Below the pieces are notes generated by a model. It was given only the letters and a program-made list of their open reading frames with translations, made no database searches and was not told the DNA's origin. Of a stretch of 64,000 bases of DNA, positions 25,969-35,025 are shown in pieces (positions within the stretch are counted from its first letter, which is position 1; every line of letters begins with the position of its first letter). The DNA lies in assembly GCA_034086685.1 (NCBI GenBank), contig JAXDZY010000028.1:2057-66056 (forward strand). Direction: 5' to 3'. Both the position numbers and the translations under genes were made by a program. This DNA comes from Lachnospiraceae bacterium. Lineage in GTDB: Bacteria > Bacillota > Clostridia > Lachnospirales > Lachnospiraceae.

Positions 25969-28251
25969 TTACTTTTTAGTCTTTACGCTCTTAACATCAC
26001 TCCATGCACCATAGTATTTTACATCACCTACAGTCTTGAATGCTCTGATCTTAACATAATATGTCTTGTTGCCGGAAAGTTTCTTGATCGTTGCAGAAAC
26101 CGTACTTTGCTTTTTAATTGTAACAGTTTTTTTATTTTTGCTGAAGTCTTTCGTCCTGGAGTAACAAATCTGATATCCGCTTCCGGATGTATTCTTTTTC
26201 CATTTTACAGTCATGGTTTTTGATTTCTTGGATACAACCGAGGATAAAGTTGTTTTTTTCGGTTTGACTGTTACAGTGATCTTCTTTGTTGTTTTCTTAT
26301 AATTTTTAGTTGCGGCAGAAGTAATCGTAATCGTTGCCTTACCGATATATTTTGCCTTTACGGTTACTGTTCCTTTATTATTTACAGTAATCTTGGAATT
26401 ATTGGATTTATACGTCAGCTTTGCATTTCCTTTTACCTCTGTTTCAATTGAAAAACTTCGGGTATCCTTTGAATATGTCTTGCTGTAATTTGATGCTTTA
26501 ATCGTATTACTGATTTTATTAATCGTAAATTCTTTTTCGATTGTACCGGAATACAAACCTGTGCCTTCAATTGTAACCTTTGCAGTTCCGGCATTTTTAT
26601 TGTTTGAATAGGTTACTGTGTAATCCGTTCCTTTTGTCAGTATAACAGCCCCGTTTTTAACGGTAACCGCCGGTTTTCTTGCTTTACCATTATAATTATA
26701 ACTGGTTTTAGACAGAGTCACATCGCATTTTGTAATGTCTCTCCTGATTCCATTATAATTACCGTCTACTGATTGAAGCCATGCCAGGTTGACCGGTGCA
26801 GAATGTGCCTGAAAAACCTGAGAGGTATTACAAAATAGAGTAACCATATCATCCGGATATTCTTTTCCGAATTCAATAGCCAGTCTTGCCAGAGCATTGG
26901 CAAATGTATCGACATCCGAATCAGAAAAGCTTTCCACACCTGATTTATTCAATGCATCACAGGCATATTCTTTAAAAAGACCTGCTAATTTACTTTCATT
27001 TTCCAAAACAATGTTCATACCCACAGAGCGGACATTGTTCTGAACATTCTGAACAAAAATATCCATACACTCTGACCAGTTGTCATCCGTCGTTCCGAAA
27101 ATGATTTCCAGCAGATTACAGAGATCATCCTGAAGCAGATTAACGTAATCTGTCCTTGTGGGTGCACAGGAAGCAACTAAAGATGTAATAAAATTTCTCA
27201 CAAATTCTTCCTGATCCCAATCTTTCGATGTATCATCCTCTACATATCCATCTCCGAAAAGTGAGATTTTCTTCATCTGAAAAGTATCAATAATATAGGC
27301 ATCGGTACCCTCCAGCATCGCCAGTTTATTCAGCATCGCATCTCTTTTTTGAACATACTGTGAATCGCCATGCTCTGTCGGAAACTCTTTGATTACTCCG
27401 AATGAACCGAAACCGTAATCCGCAGGCGCCATTTTGGAAAATATATCATACGGATTATTCACACAGAAAATATTCTTATAAACATCGCTGCTTAAACCAC
27501 AGGATTCCAGAGCCGTCTTCGGGCACTCAAAACAATATGCATACATATTTTCCTTTTTCAGGGTAACATCATTGCCCAAAGAAACACCATCATCCAGATC
27601 TCCAGCCACCAGATTTAACTTTCCTGCACCGAGACCATATCCTGCAATCCAAAGTTTGATATCTCCTTTGATTTCCTGATCGGCTATATACTTTCTGAGA
27701 AAACCTAATACAACATCTGCCCCTTTTCTGCTGTTTTCGAACGGACCGGACGTACCTATTTTAAAACTGCCTCCCCACTCTGCTTCATAGCCTCCGCCGC
27801 AGGCCGTCAGAGCAATCAAAGTATACGTTCCGTTATTCACATTAACCTTCTTGCTGGCGCAGGCAACACCGGTCGATTCTCTGGTCGGCTGCGATCTATA
27901 ATCACTATTTGCAGCAAAATCAGTAAAACCACATTCACTTAACAGTGCCTGAAGATTCTGAATCTTCTCGGAATAGTTTTTTGTCCTGTTGCTTCGGAAA
28001 GAAGCCATGGAAAGACACATCGACATTGTGGCCAGACTGTCCTGATAGTTATAGGAAGATTCCGCAAAATAACTATCTGTATAGTAATAAGCCGCCTTAT
28101 AATCCTGTGTCGAACAGCTCCCGGATGCATAATAAAAATCTCCTTCACTGTTTGTAACTACGTTTGACTCTGCCCTCACATCCGACATCGGGCAGAACAA
28201 TGAAAACATCATAGTCACAACAAGCAGCATCGCCAGAACTCTTCTCTTCAT
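25969..28251 (-). CDS. secreted lipase-like (alpha/beta-hydrolase-like) protein with C-terminal Ig-like and FN3-like repeats
   Basis: Start at MKRRVLAMLLVV (ATG 28251, RBS AGGTGA) with signal peptide ...SDVRAES. The central region ends in the LWIAGYGLGAGKLNLVAGDL elbow-like motif. The C-terminus has TYNYNGKARKPAVTVKNG...YTVTYSNNKNAGTAKV repeats and a lysine-rich FN3-like end. Confidence 0.65.
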   Translation of the reverse strand: MKRRVLAMLLVVTMMFSLFCPMSDVRAESNVVTNSEGDFYYASGSCSTQDYKAAYYYTDSYFAESSYNYQDSLATMSMCLSMASFRSNRTKNYSEKIQNLQALLSECGFTDFAANSDYRSQPTRESTGVACASKKVNVNNGTYTLIALTACGGGYEAEWGGSFKIGTSGPFENSRKGADVVLGFLRKYIADQEIKGDIKLWIAGYGLGAGKLNLVAGDLDDGVSLGNDVTLKKENMYAYCFECPKTALESCGLSSDVYKNIFCVNNPYDIFSKMAPADYGFGSFGVIKEFPTEHGDSQYVQKRDAMLNKLAMLEGTDAYIIDTFQMKKISLFGDGYVEDDTSKDWDQEEFVRNFITSLVASCAPTRTDYVNLLQDDLCNLLEIIFGTTDDNWSECMDIFVQNVQNNVRSVGMNIVLENESKLAGLFKEYACDALNKSGVESFSDSDVDTFANALARLAIEFGKEYPDDMVTLFCNTSQVFQAHSAPVNLAWLQSVDGNYNGIRRDITKCDVTLSKTSYNYNGKARKPAVTVKNGAVILTKGTDYTVTYSNNKNAGTAKVTIEGTGLYSGTIEKEFTINKISNTIKASNYSKTYSKDTRSFSIETEVKGNAKLTYKSNNSKITVNNKGTVTVKAKYIGKATITITSAATKNYKKTTKKITVTVKPKKTTLSSVVSKKSKTMTVKWKKNTSGSGYQICYSRTKDFSKNKKTVTIKKQSTVSATIKKLSGNKTYYVKIRAFKTVGDVKYYGAWSDVKSVKTKK

Positions 28252-28496
28252 AAAATCACCTGTTCCTTTCTTTTTCCTTTCTAAAGATTTAATGAACTGC
28301 TGAACATGACACTTCAATCCTCACTTATCATGCCAGGCAGAGCAAAAAATCTATTGGGAAGTTTTTTTATAATCATAGTACATTGTCCTATAAAAATCAA
28401 CAGGTTTTTATAAGTATATGAGGAGGGATTTCATGAGGCTGTTCTCAGCAGGCGATGCTCTGTTAATACTATCTCTCGATTCTTAAGCAGGACCTG

Positions 28497-29516
28497 CTAC
28501 AACTCCTCAGAAGAATCCCCTCCGCAGCTGATCCGGTCGATCAGCCGGAGCTCATCGGCAGAAAATGACGTATTGCTCAGTGCTCCGATATTATCCAGAA
28601 TCTGAGAAGGCCTGGAAGCACCTGCCAGAACGCTGGTCACAGCTCCATCCCGTAAAACCCAGCTCAATGCCATTTCAGCCAGACTCTGTCCTCTCTCTTC
28701 TGCCAGCTGATTCAATTCTCTGATCTGTTTCAGACGTGTCTGTGTGATGGCATTCTCATTCAGAAAACGACCGTCTGTCTTCACACGGCTGTCTTCCGGG
28801 ATACCGTTCAGATATCTGTCGCTTAGCAGCCCCTGAGCCAGCGGGCTGAATGCAATGATCCCTTTTTTCAGTTTTGCAGCAGTTTCCTTAAGGCCATTTT
28901 TCTCGATGGTCCTGTCAAAAATAGAATACCGGTTCTGGTTAATTATAAAGGGACAATGAAGTTCCTCCAGAATTGCCGACGCTTTTTCCAGGGTTTCCCC
29001 GTCATAGTTGGAAATGCCCGCATAAAGGGCCTTGCCGCTTGATACTGCCTGTGCCAGAGCACCCATGCTTTCCTCCAGCGGTGTGTCCGGATCCATACAG
29101 TGATGATAAAAAATATCCACATATTCCAGTCCCATACGTTTCAGACTCTGGTCAAGGCTGGCAAGGAGATACTTCCTGCTGCCCCCTCTTCCGTAAGGTC
29201 CCTCCCACATATCATAGCCGGCCTTTGTGCTGATGATCACTTCATCCCGATAAGGATGCAGTTCTTCTTTCATTATACGGCCAAAATGGATCTCTGCACT
29301 TCCCGGCTCCGGACCGTAATTATTGGCCAGATCAAAATGAGTAATTCCATGGTCAAATGCCGTAAAAATCAGCTTTTTCATGTTATCGTAGGAAGCCGTA
29401 TCCCCAAAATTGTGCCATAATCCCAGAGAAACAGCCGGAAGTTTCAGTCCGCTGCCCCCGCAGGGATAATATTTCATTGAATCATAACGATCTGATGATG
29501 CATGATACATAATCAC
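28497..29516 (-). CDS. aldo/keto reductase (YghZ / L-glyceraldehyde-3-phosphate reductase-like)
   Basis: 339 aa. LPAVSLGLWHNFGD, FDLANNYG and GISNY are AKR motifs. Confidence 0.85.
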   Translation of the reverse strand: MIMYHASSDRYDSMKYYPCGGSGLKLPAVSLGLWHNFGDTASYDNMKKLIFTAFDHGITHFDLANNYGPEPGSAEIHFGRIMKEELHPYRDEVIISTKAGYDMWEGPYGRGGSRKYLLASLDQSLKRMGLEYVDIFYHHCMDPDTPLEESMGALAQAVSSGKALYAGISNYDGETLEKASAILEELHCPFIINQNRYSIFDRTIEKNGLKETAAKLKKGIIAFSPLAQGLLSDRYLNGIPEDSRVKTDGRFLNENAITQTRLKQIRELNQLAEERGQSLAEMALSWVLRDGAVTSVLAGASRPSQILDNIGALSNTSFSADELRLIDRISCGGDSSEEL

Positions 29517-29527
29517 AATATTCCTCC

Positions 29528-30925
29528 TTATACTTTTTTATACTCATCCTGCGCCAGATCAAATCTGATCCGATCTGCAAGACATACCGGAACCGTATAA
29601 ATTTTTCCCTCTATACCGCCGCAGGAATCTCCTTTTAAGAGATACAGGTAATGAATTTTTCCTTCCCGCAGCATCTGACCTGCTGTTTTTGACGCTGCGC
29701 GGCCGGCTTTCACCTCAACTCCATAATTTTTATAATCCAGTCTGCTGCTGACGAAAAAATCCAGTTCTCCATTTTTATATAATGCATACCACGGTGTTGT
29801 CCCTGCAATCTCCATCAGTTCTATCCGTCTATTTAAAGACATATATACATAATTTTCATTTACAATACCTGCAGCTGTATCCGGCGAAGCACCGGAAATT
29901 TCAAGAAAATATCTGCATACCCCGGGATCCTTAAAATAGAACCTGCAATTCGGTGTAATATCCAGCGGATTCCCTTCATTTACCTGTCCGCAATAACCGA
30001 TGATATTAGAACGATAAAACCATGCTATTGCCTGATTAACACTTTTTTTTGTAACCCTGTTGCTGTCTTCTCTGAAAACAATTCCTGACAGTTCTTTTAT
30101 CAGATCAGGTGAACCTTTTTTCTCTTTTATCATCGTATGAGCAATTGCCGGAAGCATCTGCTCCAGTAAATTCATTTCCAGAATATTATCAAAATATCTG
30201 TCTGATTCCTGTATGAATATCCTGATAATTTTTGCGAGTTCTTTTTGACAGGCCCTTACATCCCGGGTCTCCAGATATTTTTTTACTACTGCAGGATATC
30301 CGCCGATCTGACAATATATTTCATACCATTTTCTCAATTCATCGTACTCTTCGTAAGAATTTCCTCCAAACAAATCGATCGTACAGTAGAGTTCATATCT
30401 GTCTGCAGCCATCAGAAATTCTTCATAAGACATCGTATCCAACACCATGATATCAATATCTCCTGCCGGAAGAAAATATTCTTTACTGAAAGTTTTCCCA
30501 AGATAACTTCCCGTAACTATAAAACAAGCCTCAAATCCTCTGGAAAACTCTCTGATCAAAGAATACACTTTCGGTGATTCCTGAATCTCATCAATAACCA
30601 CAACCGTATCCTTACAATCCGCAAAATTGCCGTCATACAACTGAAGCGCTCTGTGAAGCGGCTTTTCCTCCCGCTTTTCTCCCGGTCTCCATTCACTTTC
30701 CACCATCTCAAGACATTTTAAAAAAGCATTTCCTGATGACTGAACCATATTGATATAAATATAGTTTTTATAATTTTCTCTTGCGAATTTATCCAGAATA
30801 TACGTCTTTCCAACCTGCCTGGCACCATTCACTTCCAGGACATGTCCGGAATCTTCCGATTTCCACCTCAGCAAATCATCATAGATCTTTCTTTTCAAAT
30901 CCAGTTTTCCTGATTCCACAACCAT
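29528..30925 (-). CDS. AAA-family ATPase (COG1373-like, AAA_14 + DUF4143 architecture)
   Basis: 465 aa. Walker A GARQVGKTY and Walker B VVVIDEIQ. The C-terminal half is typical of DUF4143 proteins. Confidence 0.75.
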   Translation of the reverse strand: MVVESGKLDLKRKIYDDLLRWKSEDSGHVLEVNGARQVGKTYILDKFARENYKNYIYINMVQSSGNAFLKCLEMVESEWRPGEKREEKPLHRALQLYDGNFADCKDTVVVIDEIQESPKVYSLIREFSRGFEACFIVTGSYLGKTFSKEYFLPAGDIDIMVLDTMSYEEFLMAADRYELYCTIDLFGGNSYEEYDELRKWYEIYCQIGGYPAVVKKYLETRDVRACQKELAKIIRIFIQESDRYFDNILEMNLLEQMLPAIAHTMIKEKKGSPDLIKELSGIVFREDSNRVTKKSVNQAIAWFYRSNIIGYCGQVNEGNPLDITPNCRFYFKDPGVCRYFLEISGASPDTAAGIVNENYVYMSLNRRIELMEIAGTTPWYALYKNGELDFFVSSRLDYKNYGVEVKAGRAASKTAGQMLREGKIHYLYLLKGDSCGGIEGKIYTVPVCLADRIRFDLAQDEYKKV

Positions 30926-31067
30926 ACGGCAGCAATCCCCTCCTTTCTTCAGTCTGAACCTCCCTGTGTGTATCTAGTATATCACATGTTTTTGCAAATG
31001 TACACATCCGATAATTGTCTTTATTGAGTATATATTATTTATTTTTTGAAAAATAATAAATAAGTGG

Positions 31068-31096
31068 TTGACAGTTTCCTGAAAGTGTAGTATGAT
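31068..31096 (+). promoter_or_regulatory. promoter of tRNA-Gly copy 1
   Basis: TTGACA (31068..31073), 17-nt spacer, TATGAT (31091..31096), 38 nt before the tRNA. Confidence 0.6.
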
Positions 31097-31134
31097 ATGA
31101 ACTGTTCAAGGGAACAGACAAATTAATAAGAGAT

Positions 31135-31206
31135 GCGCGAGTGGCTCAGTGGTGGAGTATCGCCTTGCCAAGGCGAGGGTCGCGGGTTCGAATCCCGTCT
31201 CGCGCT
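31135..31206 (+). tRNA. tRNA-Gly (anticodon GCC), no encoded CCA
   Basis: Folded by eye. Acceptor GCGCGAG/CTCGCGC. Anticodon stem TCGCC/GGCGA with loop TTGCCAA. T-loop TTCGAAT. Discriminator U. Confidence 0.9.
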
Positions 31207-31210
31207 TAAC

Positions 31211-31248
31211 AAAAAAACAGATGGTACAAAGTGACCATCTGTTTTTTT
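31211..31248 (+). terminator. rho-independent terminator (A7-stem-T7, bidirectional shape) after tRNA-Gly
   Basis: AAAAAAACAGATGGT (31211..31225), an 8-nt loop, then ACCATCTGTTTTTTT (31234..31248). Complementarity extends to 24 bp (31202..31225 / 31234..31257). Confidence 0.8.
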
Positions 31249-31294
31249 GTTAAGCGCGGTATGTCGAACAAGGAATTTCAGCTTATAAATATAT

Positions 31295-31328
31295 GCCCCC
31301 GGGCTGTTGTTCCAGACAGCCCGGGGGC
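31295..31328 (-). terminator. GC-rich hairpin, probable terminator of the GH43-led operon
   Basis: 12-bp perfect stem GCCCCCGGGCTG / CAGCCCGGGGGC with a 10-nt loop, 75 nt after the stop at 31403. The minus-strand exit ATATATTTAT is only moderately U-rich. Confidence 0.5.
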
Positions 31329-31402
31329 CATTTTAAATTACATTTTTACAGATAATCTGAAAAGGATTCATCTGCCGCATAAGCGCCGGGAATTGCCGTG
31401 CC

Positions 31403-32917
31403 TTATTCTGCCAGACCGGCATCTTCCATAGCCTGACGATTGTATTCGTTTGCTTTTTCTTCCAGTTCTGTTACCCAGTCGCTGGCATTCTTTTCACCGT
31501 TGAATACAGAATCTTCAACACCTGCATAAGGGCCATCTGCTCCTACAAAGCCTGCAAATCCGGGAATCTGGCAATCGCCGAAAGGAATAACACCCTGTTT
31601 AACCTGATCAAAGTAATCATCGAAGTATTTACCGTATTTCTTATCCTTTTCTGTCTGATCAGCTTCTGCTTTCTTCAGAGTGGGGAAGAATGCGGTCTGC
31701 ATTTCTGTCCATACTTCTTCATCCATTGTCAGAGGCATGGGCATGGACTGTTTGTAAATTTCAATGCCGGCTTCTTCGTCAACCAGAGTCTTGTAAGCTT
31801 CAACTTTTTCTTTCCAGCCGTCAGCGCCCCAGCCCATCCATTTCAGCAGTTCGTATGCTTCTCTGGGATGTTCTGTACCGGATGAAATGCCGCCGAAGTC
31901 AAGTACGCCGAATTTGTATTTGGAGTCGGTGCCTTCTACACTGGGAGTTGCATAAGGTACCATTTCAATACCTTTTGCACGGTATTCTTCTGTATCAAAC
32001 AGATTCAGGTATGTCCAGAATGCGTCTACCTGGTAACCGATCTTGCCTGATGCGCCTGCCCATTCATTGGAGCCCAGCCATGCAACGATTTCGTCTTCTG
32101 TCATGGGTGCACGGTATTTGCCTTTCATCAGCTCAGCCAGTGTGTTAACGCCCACTGCCCAGTTTTCCATATGGAAGCTTTCGCCATCCCATCCGAATTC
32201 ACCGATGCAGTTGGGATCAGCAGCTACGGGATAGTAGGTTACGATGGAGTGGAACTGGTTGAAACCGTAGATACCCTCATCGGGAGAAGTCACATCCTTG
32301 AAGGACTGAATCATTTCTTCCCATGTCCAGTCAGTATCAGGCATGGTTACATTCAGCTTTTCAAATACAGCCATATCTGCATAAATTGCATCGGGGAAGA
32401 ATTTCATGGGTGTTCCCAGCTTCTTGTCTGTTCCATAGTAACCCAGTTTTGCTCCATTGATGGAAGGAAGGATATTTTCGTTTTCAGGGTCATTTTCCCA
32501 GTATTCGGTCATATCGCCCAGCAGATCATTGGAAAGTGCGAAATCGCAGTTGCCAAGGATCATAAAGCAGTCAGGTGTTTTTCCGGTGTTCACCAGATTT
32601 AACAGTGTGTCATTGTAAGTACCGCCTGCGGGCTCGTAAATAATATTTACTTTGATGTTGGGATACTTTTCTTCGAATTTGTCTGCCAGATATTCGGTCA
32701 GAACCTTGTTATCGAAGTTCATGTAGGTCAGTTCGATTTCCTCATCGGTCATGGGCGGAAGACCTTCAGCCTCCTCACTGCCGGAACCTCCGTCGTCGCT
32801 CTGAGCTGCCTTGGTATCTGCGTCTGCGGGTTCCTTGTCATTTCCGCCGCCGCATCCTGTCAGCATTCCTGTAGCCATGGTCGCTGCAAGAAGTAAGCAT
32901 AACATTTTCTTTTTCAT
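31403..32917 (-). CDS. extracellular solute-binding lipoprotein (family 1 sugar SBP)
   Basis: 504 aa. Lipobox LTGCGGGN followed by a low-complexity linker. Adjacent to the permease pair. Confidence 0.85.
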   Translation of the reverse strand: MKKKMLCLLLAATMATGMLTGCGGGNDKEPADADTKAAQSDDGGSGSEEAEGLPPMTDEEIELTYMNFDNKVLTEYLADKFEEKYPNIKVNIIYEPAGGTYNDTLLNLVNTGKTPDCFMILGNCDFALSNDLLGDMTEYWENDPENENILPSINGAKLGYYGTDKKLGTPMKFFPDAIYADMAVFEKLNVTMPDTDWTWEEMIQSFKDVTSPDEGIYGFNQFHSIVTYYPVAADPNCIGEFGWDGESFHMENWAVGVNTLAELMKGKYRAPMTEDEIVAWLGSNEWAGASGKIGYQVDAFWTYLNLFDTEEYRAKGIEMVPYATPSVEGTDSKYKFGVLDFGGISSGTEHPREAYELLKWMGWGADGWKEKVEAYKTLVDEEAGIEIYKQSMPMPLTMDEEVWTEMQTAFFPTLKKAEADQTEKDKKYGKYFDDYFDQVKQGVIPFGDCQIPGFAGFVGADGPYAGVEDSVFNGEKNASDWVTELEEKANEYNRQAMEDAGLAE

Positions 32918-33031
32918 TTGGTTTCCTCCTTTTTAATAAATAGGTTATTTTTTACCGACCCGACAGGTTCTGGACCTGCAGTTCCATGGCAGGCCGGAAA
33001 ATTTCATATCATGGTAATCACATACCGTCGA

Positions 33032-34042
33032 TTATTCACCGGTGATACCGGTCTTATCAACACTTTCAACAAACTGTCTCTGCAGTACAAAATACAGAAG
33101 CAGAACCGGCAGAATGCTCAGCATGGTTGCAGCCATTTTGATACCTTCGTTCAGACTTCCCATGGTATCACCGGTTACAGAAGCACCGGTTGCCGTGTAG
33201 CTGTCATTGAAACCTTTCAGAGCAACAACCAGGGTGTTCCAGAATCCATCGCCGAATACGCCGCATACGTACAGCTGTGTCAGATAGGATTCATTCCAGT
33301 ACCATACCAGTGAGAACAGGAAAACAACCAGAATGGCCGGTGCTGCCGAAGGAATGGCAATTTTTACAAAGGACTTGAAATGTCCGCAGCCATCAATCTT
33401 CGCCGCTTCGATCAGTACTTTGGGTATCTGCCTGAAGAACTGATAGTAGATCAGTATGTACAGCTGGGATTTCAGTCCCTGCCCCAATAATGCCGGCAGC
33501 AGATAAGCTGTCAGTGAATCCAGAATACCCAGATCGTTGTAAAGCAGATAAGTGGGCATCATGGTAATCTGAGGCGGTATGATAAAGGACACGATCAGAA
33601 TTCCCATGAGCATCTTTTTCAGGGGGAATTCGTAACGGGCAAAACCGTATCCCACAATGGCACATACGACCATGTTCAGCAGTGTAGGAAGCCCTGCCAC
33701 TACGATGGATTTCCAGAAAGTATCCACAAAGTTCATGCTGGTAAACGCATCAATGTAGTTTTTCACATAAAGTGTACTGGGAATCCAGCTGATGGAGCTG
33801 TCCAGCAGATCCGCACGGGCCATCAGGCTCTTGCTGATCATGTAAAGTACCGGGTACAGGTAAACAAACCCGATGCAGATCAGCAGAAGATAGATTACAG
33901 CAACTTTCCCGGCACCCTGCTGATCCTTGGAGCCAAAAAGCCATTTCCGGAATCTGTTTACATCAAACTTACCGGGGCGCTTTGCAGCACTAGCGGCCCG
34001 CTTTTGCTGCTTTGGCTCTCTCTCTTTCCTTAAGCTTTTCAT
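33032..34042 (-). CDS. carbohydrate ABC transporter permease (MalG-like) with basic N-terminal extension
   Basis: 336 aa. EAAKIDGCGHFKSFVKIAIP is the EAA loop. ATG 34042 has RBS GGGGGAGAAG. Confidence 0.85.
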   Translation of the reverse strand: MKSLRKEREPKQQKRAASAAKRPGKFDVNRFRKWLFGSKDQQGAGKVAVIYLLLICIGFVYLYPVLYMISKSLMARADLLDSSISWIPSTLYVKNYIDAFTSMNFVDTFWKSIVVAGLPTLLNMVVCAIVGYGFARYEFPLKKMLMGILIVSFIIPPQITMMPTYLLYNDLGILDSLTAYLLPALLGQGLKSQLYILIYYQFFRQIPKVLIEAAKIDGCGHFKSFVKIAIPSAAPAILVVFLFSLVWYWNESYLTQLYVCGVFGDGFWNTLVVALKGFNDSYTATGASVTGDTMGSLNEGIKMAATMLSILPVLLLYFVLQRQFVESVDKTGITGE

Positions 34043-35015
34043 ACTTCTCCCCCTTTCTTCTGACTTTCCTGAGCGCCCGTTCTTCTTTCTTAATCTGCTT
34101 CTGAGCCAGCTTTACCTGCTTTGCATATGCATCCTTCTTCAGGGTCAGGAATGCAGCCACAACTGCCACCAGAATGATCACGATCAGGGAGTACAGCCAG
34201 GCCATGGCAGATGCATAGCCGTATCCTTTACTGCCTGTTGTACCGAACATGGCATCTTTAATGGTATTGATAATATTATTCTGTTCGTTATTGGACAGGA
34301 ATACTACCGTATATACCGCATTCAGCAGAATCATGGGTTTGATCGTAGGAAGCGTGATCTTCCAGAAACATACCCAGGTAGAACCGCCATCCATCTTTGC
34401 CGCTTCGTACAGAGAATTGTCAATTTTCTGTACACCGGCCAGGAAGATCAGAATCTGCACCCCGGAATACCATAGATACAGGACGATATTCTGGAAAACA
34501 TCCACTATGGCCTCCACCAGTATGGCCGGCAAAAACGACAGGGCACTGGCAATCATTGAAGTATTAAGAGAAGGAATGGAACCTGCACCCTGATCAACCA
34601 GCTGAGTCATAACAGGGCCGCTGGCGATAATAACCGGCAGGAAGAATATCAGCCGGAAAAACCCTTTTCCTTTGATTTTACTGTTCAGCAGCAATGCAAT
34701 GATCAGCGCGAATACAACGATAACGGGTACTGCAATAATCGTTTTAATCAGATACTCCCACAATTCTGTCGGGAATGTCTCATCTTCCTGAAGAATCTGT
34801 GTAAAATTCTGCATTCCGATGAAGGTACTCACACGTCCTTTGGGAGTCATCTTTACTTTACTTAAAGCAAACATAAACGACTGTCCCAGCGGGCGCAGCA
34901 CAAATACAATTACACCAATCAGCCAGGGAAGGATAAACAGATAGCCCATCATGGCTTCTCTGCTCTTAAGAGTGCCACCCATGCGCTTTTTGAGCTCTTT
35001 TTTATTTTTTGCCAT
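33990..35015 (-). CDS. sugar ABC transporter permease (MalF-like) with ~45-aa charged C-terminal tail
   Basis: 341 aa. EAAKMDGGSTWVCFWKITLP is the EAA loop. The tail is KQVKLAQKQIKKEERALRKVRRKGEKYEKLKERERAKAAKAGR. Confidence 0.85.
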   Translation of the reverse strand: MAKNKKELKKRMGGTLKSREAMMGYLFILPWLIGVIVFVLRPLGQSFMFALSKVKMTPKGRVSTFIGMQNFTQILQEDETFPTELWEYLIKTIIAVPVIVVFALIIALLLNSKIKGKGFFRLIFFLPVIIASGPVMTQLVDQGAGSIPSLNTSMIASALSFLPAILVEAIVDVFQNIVLYLWYSGVQILIFLAGVQKIDNSLYEAAKMDGGSTWVCFWKITLPTIKPMILLNAVYTVVFLSNNEQNNIINTIKDAMFGTTGSKGYGYASAMAWLYSLIVIILVAVVAAFLTLKKDAYAKQVKLAQKQIKKEERALRKVRRKGEKYEKLKERERAKAAKAGR

Positions 35016-35025
35016 GATTTCTCAC

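Noticed and set aside
28433-28486. 17-codon plus-strand sORF (MRLFSAGDALLILSLDS) with a strong GAGGAGGG RBS between two minus-strand genes
   Set aside because: There is no convincing promoter or terminator, conservation cannot be tested here, and it is very short. It could be coincidental. It is worth a look only if ribosome-profiling data exist.
31021-31066. AT-only imperfect palindrome (TTATTTATTTTTTGAAAAATAATAAATAA) upstream of the tRNA-Gly promoter
   Set aside because: It is imperfect, has very low information content, and is not repeated at tRNA copy 2. It is probably just an UP-like AT tract.
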